From positions 130,423 through 194,422 of the forward strand of contig CAZLJP010000002.1 in assembly GCA_964559915.1 (NCBI GenBank): 64,000 bases of DNA, read 5' to 3'. A program made the position numbers and the translations under genes. Numbering within the stretch: position 1 is the first letter of the stretch; the number at the start of each line of letters is the position of its first letter. This DNA is from an uncultured Candidatus Saccharibacteria bacterium. GTDB taxonomy: Bacteria; Patescibacteriota; Saccharimonadia; Saccharimonadales; JALRHH01. A model generated the notes under the pieces. It was not told the origin of the DNA. It did not search any database and saw only the letters and a list, made by a program, of their open reading frames with translations. Below are positions 18,099 through 26,566 of this stretch, in pieces.

Positions 18099-19340
18099 TT
18101 ATTGCTTGATGGGCCAGTATGGCTTGAGGACTTCAGGGATAATAATGTCTGCGCCATCTTTGGTTTGGTGGTGCTCGATAATCGCAATAAGTGCGCGTGC
18201 CAGTGATATGGCAGTGCCGTTGAGCGTATGCAGCACTTCCACAGTTCCGTCCTTTCGTCGCACACGAATGTTTAGATTACGAGCTTGGAAATCGGTGCAG
18301 TTTGAACAACTGGTGAGCTCACGGTATTTGCCGTCTACGCTAGACCAGTATTCGATATCGTATTTCTTGGCGGCTGGTGCACCCAAATCACCAGAAGCGA
18401 TATTTATCACATGGTATGGAATATCAAGTGATTGCCAGAGTTCTTCCTCTATCGCCAAAATGCGTTCGTGCATTTCCGCGCTCTGCTCTGGGGTGGTAAA
18501 GGCATACATTTCTAGCTTATTGAACTGGTGGACACGGAATAAACCACGGGCGTGCTTGCCATAGGTACCCGCTTCGCGGCGGTAACATGGACTAAGCCCA
18601 ACATACAGTAGTGGGAGCTGGGCCTCATCAATTATTTCATCCGCATGGTAGCCTGTCAGTGGCGCTTCGGCTGTGCCAATAAGCGTTAAATCTTCACCCT
18701 CTATAAAATATTCGTTGCCCTCGTCATCACCCTTTGGTGCAAAACCAGCACCAGCGGCCGTCTGACTATTTACCATATGCGGCACCGTCAGGTACGTAAA
18801 ACCACGCTTTGCTGCAAAATCGATACCGTACTGAATCAAGGCTTGTTCTAGCAGAGCCAAATCACCCTTCAGATAGTAGAACTTGGCTCCAGCAACCTTG
18901 GCTCCACGCTCAAAATCAACCCAATCTTTGTCTGTTGCAAGGTCCAGATGGTCACGTGCACCGGTTGGCTGGCCACCAACTTGTTTAATCTCTACACTGT
19001 CTGCTTCACCGCCCACTGGCACATCATCAAATGTCAGGTTGGGCACGTGGTTCAGTAGCACCTGGTACTCTTGTTCGATACTACTGAGTCGATGCTCGAG
19101 GTCGACGAGCTGGTCTTTGATTGCTTTGCCTTTGGCAATCATGTCTTCAGATGGCTTGCCGCCTTTCATGCTAGAAGCAATCTCGTTGCGCTGTGCACGC
19201 AGAGCGTCAACCTGCTGTTGCAACTCACGGCGCTGCGTATCAAAGCCCAGAATCTGGTCTACATCAATTTTGTAACCTTTTTCCTGGCTCTTCTTTGCTA
19301 CAAGTTCGGGCTTATCGCGCAATATCTGAATATCTATCAT
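18099..19340 (-). CDS. serS: serine--tRNA ligase
   Basis: 413 aa with an N-terminal coiled-coil arm and a class II core (FRVHQFNKLEMY, TLNGTAISLARALIAIIE). Confidence 0.95.
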   Translation of the reverse strand: MIDIQILRDKPELVAKKSQEKGYKIDVDQILGFDTQRRELQQQVDALRAQRNEIASSMKGGKPSEDMIAKGKAIKDQLVDLEHRLSSIEQEYQVLLNHVPNLTFDDVPVGGEADSVEIKQVGGQPTGARDHLDLATDKDWVDFERGAKVAGAKFYYLKGDLALLEQALIQYGIDFAAKRGFTYLTVPHMVNSQTAAGAGFAPKGDDEGNEYFIEGEDLTLIGTAEAPLTGYHADEIIDEAQLPLLYVGLSPCYRREAGTYGKHARGLFRVHQFNKLEMYAFTTPEQSAEMHERILAIEEELWQSLDIPYHVINIASGDLGAPAAKKYDIEYWSSVDGKYRELTSCSNCTDFQARNLNIRVRRKDGTVEVLHTLNGTAISLARALIAIIEHHQTKDGADIIIPEVLKPYWPIKQ

Positions 19341-19355
19341 AAATGTAAGTATACC

Positions 19356-20147
19356 CTACTTTTTACTCTGTAATGCCTTGATTGTCAGCTCGGTACGCGC
19401 CCGCGCATAGCTACAAAATTCACATGGCCCGCCCATTGCCGCTGTACCAATTGGCGGCATCTCGTCACTATCCATGCAGGTCTTCATATCTAGCAATGTC
19501 TGCTCTACCCAATCACTCTTCCCATGATGCGGGAAGACAAAGGTATCAAAATCTACTCTATTAAAGAACCCATCACGGTCTTGCGTACCCGTTGCATACA
19601 CAAAGTAGCCAGTATCACTGACCTTGAAACCGTTTTGTTTGAGTAACCACTGATAGACTTCCATCTGGCGACGATACATATCATGCCAAGTGCCTTCAGG
19701 ACCGAGTGCAGTGACTGGCTTTGCTTTGGCGGTAGCTTTGTAATCCACCACTATCAGCTCACCGTCATCATTAACCCAAATATCATCCACCGCACCAAAA
19801 ACGTGTAGATTAGTAGGCTCGTGTACTGTGGTAATACCCGTAAAGTTGTAGCGCCAGGTATCAAGATCGTTGTGCTGATATGGAATCGCCTTGATTTGAT
19901 TATCTGTCATTAGTGGGTGTGGCTGCTGCTTAATACGATAGTTATCAAACTCTTTCTTAAATAACTCGTCGATTGCCTTATTGATGTTGAATGGTGGGCT
20001 ACTCGGCCGCGTAATCTTGAGCCGTACATCCAGCCAAAAACAGCGAGGACACTGCATAAACAGCTCAATTTTACTGCGGCTAACCTTAAACGGAGCTGTT
20101 TGCCCCGGTTGATACGGTTGTGATCGTTCTCTGCTATACCCTGCCAT
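19356..20147 (-). CDS. PD-(D/E)XK nuclease family protein (Cas4/RecB-like, four-cysteine type)
   Basis: 263 aa. The nuclease core reads GAVDD...LIVVDYKATAK (D...D/E-x-K). Cys pairs occur at both ends (FMQCPRCFWL; GGPCEFCSY), as in Fe-S or Zn-bearing Cas4/AddB-type nucleases. Confidence 0.7.
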   Translation of the reverse strand: MAGYSRERSQPYQPGQTAPFKVSRSKIELFMQCPRCFWLDVRLKITRPSSPPFNINKAIDELFKKEFDNYRIKQQPHPLMTDNQIKAIPYQHNDLDTWRYNFTGITTVHEPTNLHVFGAVDDIWVNDDGELIVVDYKATAKAKPVTALGPEGTWHDMYRRQMEVYQWLLKQNGFKVSDTGYFVYATGTQDRDGFFNRVDFDTFVFPHHGKSDWVEQTLLDMKTCMDSDEMPPIGTAAMGGPCEFCSYARARTELTIKALQSKK

Positions 20148-20279
20148 GTGTTACACATATTGTAACAGCAAAACCTCGGGCTGCTGAGCTGGATATCTTT
20201 GTCTTGGCTGGGTCAGCAAGCGCCACGGGCTGGCCGCAGGTCACCCGTAAAGCGCCCTGCTAAGATAAAGATGCTTAGG

Positions 20280-20972
20280 TCAGCCAAGCGTGATACTAGC
20301 TGCTGTAACGGCGGCGGTTTCGGCACGGAGAGTAAAGTTGCCGAGGCCGAGTGCTGGCAACTGATGCTCTGCAAACAATGCAAGTTCGGCTTCACTCCAA
20401 CCACCTTCTGGACCTATTAATAGACCAAAACTATCTTGGTTTAGAGTCTCTGGTCGGGCGCCACCCATTTGACAAATAATCAGGGGTGTCTTCTCGCCCA
20501 TGTGCTCTACTGCCGTACGAACCAGCATTGGCTCACGTAGCGTTGGGATATCACTACGGCCGCATTGTTCCACGGCCTCGATAACTATTTTCTGAGCACG
20601 CTGTTCATCAAAGCCAGTTTTCTCTGACCTATCGGCCAAGAGCGGAATGAAGTGACTGACCCCTAGCTCGGTTGCCTTTTGCAAAATCCAATCGTTCTTA
20701 TCTTTTTTAAGTAATGAAAAGAAGAGGTACACCTCTTTAGATGGTAGCTGACGTTCAAAGTCCGTCACCAACATCAGGTGTGCCTCTGTTTCTTTAAGTT
20801 CAACAATTTTATATAAGCGCTCTGTTTCTACGCCATCAAATAGCACGACTTCTTGCCCTGATTGATAACGCAAGACACTGCGCCACTGGCGAATCAACGC
20901 CAAATCGTGCAGCCAGAAACTGTGTTTCAGCTGCACGGTATGTGGTGCGATATAGAAGCGATGCAGACGCAT
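20280..20972 (-). CDS. rsmE: 16S rRNA (uracil1498-N3)-methyltransferase
   Basis: 230 aa. It has the MRLHRFYI start typical of RsmE and a C-terminal SPOUT knot region (LLIGPEGGWSEAEL ... LGNFTLRAETA). Confidence 0.8.
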   Translation of the reverse strand: MRLHRFYIAPHTVQLKHSFWLHDLALIRQWRSVLRYQSGQEVVLFDGVETERLYKIVELKETEAHLMLVTDFERQLPSKEVYLFFSLLKKDKNDWILQKATELGVSHFIPLLADRSEKTGFDEQRAQKIVIEAVEQCGRSDIPTLREPMLVRTAVEHMGEKTPLIICQMGGARPETLNQDSFGLLIGPEGGWSEAELALFAEHQLPALGLGNFTLRAETAAVTAASITLG

Positions 20973-20981
20973 AGCTATAGT

Positions 20982-21233
20982 TTACAGGACAACGACGTGA
21001 CTATTACGCTGTAGTTCTTGCTGCGCTGCTACTTGCTTGGCGTGTGACAGTGATGCATACACACCAACCGTCAATGTAATAGCAACGACTGCCGCTCCGG
21101 CTGTAGCGATAATTTGCTTGTTCAACACGCGAGCTGGCTGAGGCATAACAGCTTCAACTGCTACGGTATTTAGGTCGGCTGAAAGACTACCCTGTGCTAA
21201 CACAGGATTAGCCAATGGATCAAACTGATTCAT
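20982..21233 (-). CDS. small hypothetical single-pass membrane protein
   Basis: 83-aa ORF with one hydrophobic segment (IIATAGAAVVAITLTVGVYASL). An AAGGAAA sequence precedes the ATG and a promoter-like element lies upstream. No recognisable family. Confidence 0.4.
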   Translation of the reverse strand: MNQFDPLANPVLAQGSLSADLNTVAVEAVMPQPARVLNKQIIATAGAAVVAITLTVGVYASLSHAKQVAAQQELQRNSHVVVL

Positions 21234-21289
21234 GGTTTCCTTTTGTTTTAACTAATTTTTATTGTTTGGTTCGAGTCACCTTAAATAGT

Positions 21290-21318
21290 ACTATAGCATA
21301 AGCTTTATAAAATTACAA
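21290..21318 (-). promoter_or_regulatory. sigma-70-like promoter in an AT-rich spacer
   Basis: On the minus strand: TTGTAA (21313-21318), a 17-nt spacer, then TATAGT (21290-21295). The spacer is AT-rich, so a chance match is possible. Confidence 0.35.
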
Positions 21319-21372
21319 GTCTAATCACACTTATTTTGTATTTTGTCTATAAATACTCATAGTAATCTTTAT

Positions 21373-22626
21373 TTATCTCAACTCAAGGATAGCCAAAGAT
21401 TCTATATGCGGGGTTTTAGGAAAGAAGTTGTACCCCGTAATACTAGCAATGTTGTATTTCCCTTGCAGTAATGCCAAATCACGAGCCTGCGTGATGGGAT
21501 TACAGCTCAGGTATATGAGTTTGGGTGGCAGAACCTCCAGGATTCTATCTGTTACCTTGCCGTGTAAGCCCGCTCTGGGTGGGTCTACGACCAAGACATG
21601 CTCACCGTCTATGTACTCCAACGCCTGTTCGGCTGGGGCTTCAATAATTTGTATGTTGGTACTGTCGCTATTTTGCCTAGCCATGGCACAGTTATGTACA
21701 TCTGATTCTATAAGTAGCCCTGCGCCACCAATCCCCAGACCAATTGTACCCACGCCACTATACATATCGATATATGCCGCCTCACCTACAGCCCGCTTAA
21801 TAGCGCCGAGTGCTTGATTAAATATCTCTACATTAACCTGAAAAAACGAGTGCACATCGTAATGAATCAACTTATCGCCAATGGTATCACCTAGTGATGT
21901 ATCACCGTAGTTATACAGCTCACGGGTCAGAACACTTGCCGGGCTTTTGGGGTTGGAATAGCACACAACTACGCCCTGGGCGGTGGCCTCTAGCTCTTCT
22001 AGCTTAGGAAATGATTCATCTTTGACGAATAAAGCCGCAACCGTTTGGCCAGCTTGGTTTGAACGTACGACCACCGTTTTGAGCTGCGAACCACGAATCC
22101 CGTGTTTGTTGAGGACCGCTACGATTTGATTGGCAGTTGTATCGACAGCCGAGAGCGCGATACTACTACCTGGTACGATGATTTTGCCATGCGTTCCTCT
22201 GTTGAATAACGCCAAATGAAGACCGTTATCATCTGCCCAAAAACTATATTCCATTTTGTTGCGGTAATGCCACTCTTGTTGGCCGGCCACCATTGGAATA
22301 TCGCCGCTGTAATCAACATGTTCGCGCCGCATGGTTTCGGTTAGGATTTCTTGCTTGTAAGTGTTTTCTGACTCAAAGGTAGTAATTTGCCAGGGGCTGG
22401 TACTCAGATACGCCTCGTCCCTGGGTACTTGTCTGTCGGGGCTGGGCTTGAGGATTTCCTCTGCCACACCCTCGATATGGCTTGATTTTGATTTGGTGAC
22501 ACGCAAGTTAACCGTTTCGCCTGGTAACGCATTCCATACAAAAGCACGCCGACCATCAGTCAGCGTGCCTATTGCTTGTCCACCATGAACAAGTTTTTCA
22601 ATGGTAAGGGTTTGGGTTGGTAGCAT
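21373..22626 (-). CDS. TRAM-domain RNA (uracil-5)-methyltransferase, TrmA/RlmD family
   Basis: 417 aa with an N-terminal TRAM-like beta barrel (IEKLVHGGQAIG...GETVNLRVTK). The C-terminal class I MTase region carries FFQVN, DMYSGVGTIG, VVDPPRAGL and YLSCNP motifs. The Fe-S cysteine cluster of RlmD is not evident. Confidence 0.8.
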   Translation of the reverse strand: MLPTQTLTIEKLVHGGQAIGTLTDGRRAFVWNALPGETVNLRVTKSKSSHIEGVAEEILKPSPDRQVPRDEAYLSTSPWQITTFESENTYKQEILTETMRREHVDYSGDIPMVAGQQEWHYRNKMEYSFWADDNGLHLALFNRGTHGKIIVPGSSIALSAVDTTANQIVAVLNKHGIRGSQLKTVVVRSNQAGQTVAALFVKDESFPKLEELEATAQGVVVCYSNPKSPASVLTRELYNYGDTSLGDTIGDKLIHYDVHSFFQVNVEIFNQALGAIKRAVGEAAYIDMYSGVGTIGLGIGGAGLLIESDVHNCAMARQNSDSTNIQIIEAPAEQALEYIDGEHVLVVDPPRAGLHGKVTDRILEVLPPKLIYLSCNPITQARDLALLQGKYNIASITGYNFFPKTPHIESLAILELR

Positions 22627-22629
22627 CTG

Positions 22630-23571
22630 CTACTTGTACAAACCAACAATCAAAACTACGGCAAGTGCTACTTTAGAAACAACACTTAGTAGATTGTATT
22701 TCTTATCGAGAGCAGCGTAGTTGAGAGCCTTGCCTTGTGCGCCAAGTGCAGTCCACTGCAAGCGTACAGTTCTAATCAATGTAACGGCTACGACTGCCGC
22801 TGCGGTGTATGCCCACCACGGAGAGCGAACAATGCCGTACACATAGCTAGCGTAGATAGTAGACGCCAGGATAGCCAATGGTAGCAATACTGCTAAAAGG
22901 CTAATGACATATAGAGACTTGCTGGGCTTGCCAGTGACAGCGTTCTCGCGCTCAAAGAGCCATGATGTCACAGCTGCAAGAACAATAAATACCATACCGA
23001 ACTTCAAAGCTGCTGCATCTTGCAGGCCGTTTAGAAGTGCAGCAATTTCAAATGCCAACGCACCGCTGACCGCAAAATCAATCCAACGAAGTGGTTGCAC
23101 GCCGGCCTTGATACCAGCGTCGTCTTTAGCCTTGAGGCGAGTGCCACGCAGCACAGAAAATACTGCCGCAAATGCCAGTAGTGCAACTAATACCCAACGA
23201 ATTTCTACTTCATAGAGTATGTGCGCGGCTGGTGCTAATACAGTAGTTGTGCGGCTTGCGAGCTCATCCTTAGCGAGATGGCCCAGCAACACTTGTGCTG
23301 AAAAATTATTCATAAGCACGCCGGCCAAAATAGCAGCAACAGCGAATACGCCGCCAAATGCCACATGTGGACGCTTAAGAAATGCTAACTTACCGGTTGT
23401 TGCCGGTTTGGTGGCCTTAGCAGTCGCCTTAACTGCCGGCTTCTTTGCCTTGGTTGTTTTTGCTGCCGTTGTGGCAACTGATTTCTTAGTTGTTTTTGCA
23501 GCCGCACGAGCAGCTGGCTTCTTTTTTGTAGTTTTGGTCTTTGCCTTGGTTGTAGGTTTAGATGTAGCCAT
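22630..23571 (-). CDS. heliorhodopsin-like seven-transmembrane protein with basic low-complexity N-terminal extension
   Basis: 313 aa. Residues 1-62 are almost only K/A/T/P, followed by seven hydrophobic segments. LRWIDFAVSGAL (helix 3) and YNLLSVVSKVALAVV (helix 7, K300) parallel the FRWVEYSLSSSVM and YIVLSLVAKSALAW segments I recall from heliorhodopsin 48C12. This has not been verified with a profile search. Confidence 0.6.
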   Translation of the reverse strand: MATSKPTTKAKTKTTKKKPAARAAAKTTKKSVATTAAKTTKAKKPAVKATAKATKPATTGKLAFLKRPHVAFGGVFAVAAILAGVLMNNFSAQVLLGHLAKDELASRTTTVLAPAAHILYEVEIRWVLVALLAFAAVFSVLRGTRLKAKDDAGIKAGVQPLRWIDFAVSGALAFEIAALLNGLQDAAALKFGMVFIVLAAVTSWLFERENAVTGKPSKSLYVISLLAVLLPLAILASTIYASYVYGIVRSPWWAYTAAAVVAVTLIRTVRLQWTALGAQGKALNYAALDKKYNLLSVVSKVALAVVLIVGLYK

Positions 23572-23617
23572 GCGAACAGTGTATCACATCTCTTGCCAGA
23601 GAGGAGTACCCCTACAT

Positions 23618-24100
23618 TTAGTCTAAGTTTTTATAGGGAATGTGGCACATGCCACGGCCAGTTCGCTCTGCAAATTTTTGATGATAGTCTTCTGCAGAAT
23701 AGAAAGTTTCTGCTGCTACAATCTGCGTAACAATTGGCTGATTGTATGTAGGCTGTAGTTCGTCTCGTACCTTTTCGGCCGTTTGTTTTTGGTCATCATC
23801 TACGTAAAAAATAGCTGAACGATATTGGTCACCGACATCAGGCCCCTGCCTGTTTAATTGAGTCGGGTCATGCAAACGGAAAAAGTGCCGAACCAAAACT
23901 TCATATGTCACCCGCTCTGAGTCAAACTCTAGATCCACCGCCTCGGCGTGGCCGGTGCCATGGCCGCAGACAGCTTCGTAAGTAGGGTTTTCTGTGTGAC
24001 CACCTATATACCCAACAGTACTTTTAGTGACTCCAGGTACCTGGTCAAGATAGTACTGTACACCCCAGAAGCAGCCAGCGGCAAAAATAGCTTTTTGCAT
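23618..24100 (-). CDS. msrA: peptide-methionine (S)-S-oxide reductase
   Basis: 160 aa with the catalytic AAGCFWGVQ motif at the N-terminus and conserved GHAEAV and YHQ segments. Confidence 0.92.
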   Translation of the reverse strand: MQKAIFAAGCFWGVQYYLDQVPGVTKSTVGYIGGHTENPTYEAVCGHGTGHAEAVDLEFDSERVTYEVLVRHFFRLHDPTQLNRQGPDVGDQYRSAIFYVDDDQKQTAEKVRDELQPTYNQPIVTQIVAAETFYSAEDYHQKFAERTGRGMCHIPYKNLD

Positions 24101-24102
24101 AC

Positions 24103-24405
24103 CTATTCCTGTACTTGTACGTCACGCCAGAACGCAACGTAATTGGTAAAATCTTTTTTGACTTGTTCGATAGCTGTTGGTAGTGGCTCTGGATATGCCC
24201 AAGCATTGTCCTGGCTGGTATTTGTACCATCAGTTACATTGAAATACTGGCAGACACCCTTCCACGGACAGGTATATGGAGTGTCGCTCTTGATTAGGAA
24301 GTCTTGGTTTACGCTGGTGGGCGGAAAGTACCAATTACCCTCTATATAAATAAGGTCTTCTTTAGGTGATTCGGCAATAACCGTGCCGTTCCAGATTGCT
24401 TTCAT
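24103..24405 (-). CDS. DUF427 domain protein
   Basis: 100 aa. AIWNGTVIAES...IEGNWYFP...CPWKGVCQYF...AWAYPEP follows the DUF427 pattern. It overlaps the upstream FMN reductase gene by 4 nt. Confidence 0.75.
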   Translation of the reverse strand: MKAIWNGTVIAESPKEDLIYIEGNWYFPPTSVNQDFLIKSDTPYTCPWKGVCQYFNVTDGTNTSQDNAWAYPEPLPTAIEQVKKDFTNYVAFWRDVQVQE

Positions 24406-24959
24406 GATTGATGCTCCTTTGTTTGTTTAAGTGTGCGTGCAAACCAAACTAACTCATCGTACAGAGCAGCTAGATTTTTCTGGTAGCGCTCACTCTGCTC
24501 TGGCTGTATCTCACCAGCCTCGTTGAACAACTCTTTGATGTGTGGAAAGTATAGCTCGGTATGGATATTAACCAAGCCCAGCCGATGACAAACGGGCAGC
24601 AACGCCTCACAGACGCGTACGCCACCCCACGAACCACCACTAACCCCGGCTATGGCCACTGGTTTGTGTAAATAATTGTCGTATTCGCTGTCTAACATAC
24701 GCTTGAGGCTACTTGGAATGCTGTGGTTGTATTCTGGCGTAACAATAATAAAAGCATCTGCTCGGGCAGTAATGTCAGAATAAACTGGGTCTTTTACATC
24801 CTCGCCTTCATCAAGTAAATGCAGTGTTTGTGGGTCTACCAAAACAAGCTCAATGTCTGGATAGTTTTTGGCAAAATCGGCTACATAATGTGCAGCCTTA
24901 ATGGACTCACGCTTGGCACGCACCGTCCCCACTAACAAAGCAATTGTAATGTCACTCAT
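24402..24959 (-). CDS. NAD(P)H-dependent FMN reductase family oxidoreductase
   Basis: 185 aa with a flavodoxin-like fold pattern: ITIALLVGTVR..., FIIVTPEYNHSIPSSLKRMLD. Confidence 0.8.
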   Translation of the reverse strand: MSDITIALLVGTVRAKRESIKAAHYVADFAKNYPDIELVLVDPQTLHLLDEGEDVKDPVYSDITARADAFIIVTPEYNHSIPSSLKRMLDSEYDNYLHKPVAIAGVSGGSWGGVRVCEALLPVCHRLGLVNIHTELYFPHIKELFNEAGEIQPEQSERYQKNLAALYDELVWFARTLKQTKEHQS

Positions 24960-24988
24960 TAGCTATAGTTTAGCATAAGCGAGCTAAC

Positions 24989-26518
24989 TCACTTCTCTAG
25001 ACGAAGGCGAGATAATAACCAATCACGTGGCAAAATACTAAGGAACCAGCCGGCACGCGGACCCGATGTCTGACCGATGGTCAAACGATACAAGGCCTGG
25101 AACAAGTCCTTTGGCCCAAGCTCATCTGATTTGAAATCATAAATCGCAAGGTGAAACCAGCCACCATCTGCATCGTCAGGAGCTTCAGCGATTTTGTCTG
25201 CCAGGCCGACAAAGAAGGCTTTTTCAGTATCAGTGAAAGCAGCCGCATCAATGGTATCCTGTAATGCAAACTTCACATCATCGGGTGCGTAATCTTGCAG
25301 CCATGCATCAATAAATTGCAGCTCACGTCGAATAATATCAGCTTCTTCTCGGGCTACGTCTGCATACTCCGTACGAGCTATAACTTCAATTGTTTTATCC
25401 GCGTCTTTCAGGGCAGCCTGATAACTGGCGACGAGATGCGTGAATGGTATGCGACTAACGGTTGGCGTATCAATGCCCTCTAGGCAGATAGCGAGCATCT
25501 GTTGCTCACTAGGTGTCTTTTCCGGCTTAGCCAGAAGTTCGCTAAACTCATCAAACAGCTTGATTAGACTGATGTCGGTATCAAAAAATAACTGTTTTGA
25601 TGGACTGTATCGCACCATAAAAAACCACACCAGCTCAGGCGGGAAAACACGTGTCAAATCAACGGCCGTGATTGTATCACCACCACTTTTACTCATCTTC
25701 TTAGTATTACCGGTCTTGTTTATGAAGTCATATGGGATAGGATACGGCGCATCAACACCATATACCTGCTTAGCAATTTCCAGGCCCGTATCATAAGAGC
25801 CGCCTTTGGTAGCATGATCACGACCAAATGGCTCCGCTTGTACATGTAGCAGCGACCAGCGCGCCGGCCAGTCTATGCGCCAGTTTAGTGTAACTTCACC
25901 GTGAGCATAGTTGGCATTTCGTGGCTGGCCATTCTTATCTTCATATGTGATTTCCTGGGTATCTTTTTGGATACTTATGAATCGGCGATTTTTCAGATAA
26001 CCGTCTTCTATAACTTGTATCGGTGACCACTGCTGATCGAGTTTGCGGCCTGAAACGTCTTCTAGAATATGCTTGATGGTGTCGATGTTGCCTAATGCCT
26101 GTTCTATGACTGATACAAAATAACCACTGCGATATTTTTCGTGAGCTCTGATGATTTCCATGTTAACCTTTAGAGTCTGAGCAACTTCAGGCAATTCTGC
26201 AACATAGTAATCAGCGTAGCTTTGATTAGAACCATCTGGCGCTGGGATATCACAAAGTGGCTTCCCTAGATATTGGCTATAACTTTCGTCCAAACCAACA
26301 GGGACTTTTCGGAATACATCAATATCATCCGATACATGAATATGAGGAGCGACTCGGCCACGGCGACGTAATTCGCGCGCAACCAATTCAGCTGTTAATA
26401 CCTCACGCAGTGTTCCTACATGATAAGCCCCAGAGGGCGAAACGCCCGAAGACACTACAATATCGCCCTCAGGATGTCGGGCGATGAGTGCATCTACGAT
26501 AGTATTAAGCCACTGCAT
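24989..26518 (-). CDS. lysK: lysine--tRNA ligase, class I
   Basis: 509 aa with a Rossmann-type class I signature: SPSGAYHVGTLREV (HIGH-like) and KMSKSGG (KMSKS). The length and layout match archaeal/spirochaete-type LysRS. Confidence 0.85.
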   Translation of the reverse strand: MQWLNTIVDALIARHPEGDIVVSSGVSPSGAYHVGTLREVLTAELVARELRRRGRVAPHIHVSDDIDVFRKVPVGLDESYSQYLGKPLCDIPAPDGSNQSYADYYVAELPEVAQTLKVNMEIIRAHEKYRSGYFVSVIEQALGNIDTIKHILEDVSGRKLDQQWSPIQVIEDGYLKNRRFISIQKDTQEITYEDKNGQPRNANYAHGEVTLNWRIDWPARWSLLHVQAEPFGRDHATKGGSYDTGLEIAKQVYGVDAPYPIPYDFINKTGNTKKMSKSGGDTITAVDLTRVFPPELVWFFMVRYSPSKQLFFDTDISLIKLFDEFSELLAKPEKTPSEQQMLAICLEGIDTPTVSRIPFTHLVASYQAALKDADKTIEVIARTEYADVAREEADIIRRELQFIDAWLQDYAPDDVKFALQDTIDAAAFTDTEKAFFVGLADKIAEAPDDADGGWFHLAIYDFKSDELGPKDLFQALYRLTIGQTSGPRAGWFLSILPRDWLLSRLRLEK

Positions 26519-26566
26519 TTGGATGTAGTATACAGCAAACTACCTCTGTTAGGAAGTAATTATAAT

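Noticed and set aside
20149-20167. Palindrome TGTTACA-CATAT-TGTAACA abutting the nuclease start codon, considered as an SOS-like operator
   Set aside because: A 7-bp arm with a short loop is expected several times by chance in this window. It does not match LexA-box consensus sequences I know (CTGT-N8-ACAG; GAAC-N4-GTTC).
20148-20279. GC-richer 132-nt spacer with the hairpin GCAGGTCACCCGTAAAGCGCCCTGC, considered as a small SRP (4.5S) RNA
   Set aside because: It lacks the conserved domain IV sequence (GGAA tetraloop flanked by AGGUCC/GGAAGCAGC). Only weak short stems are present.
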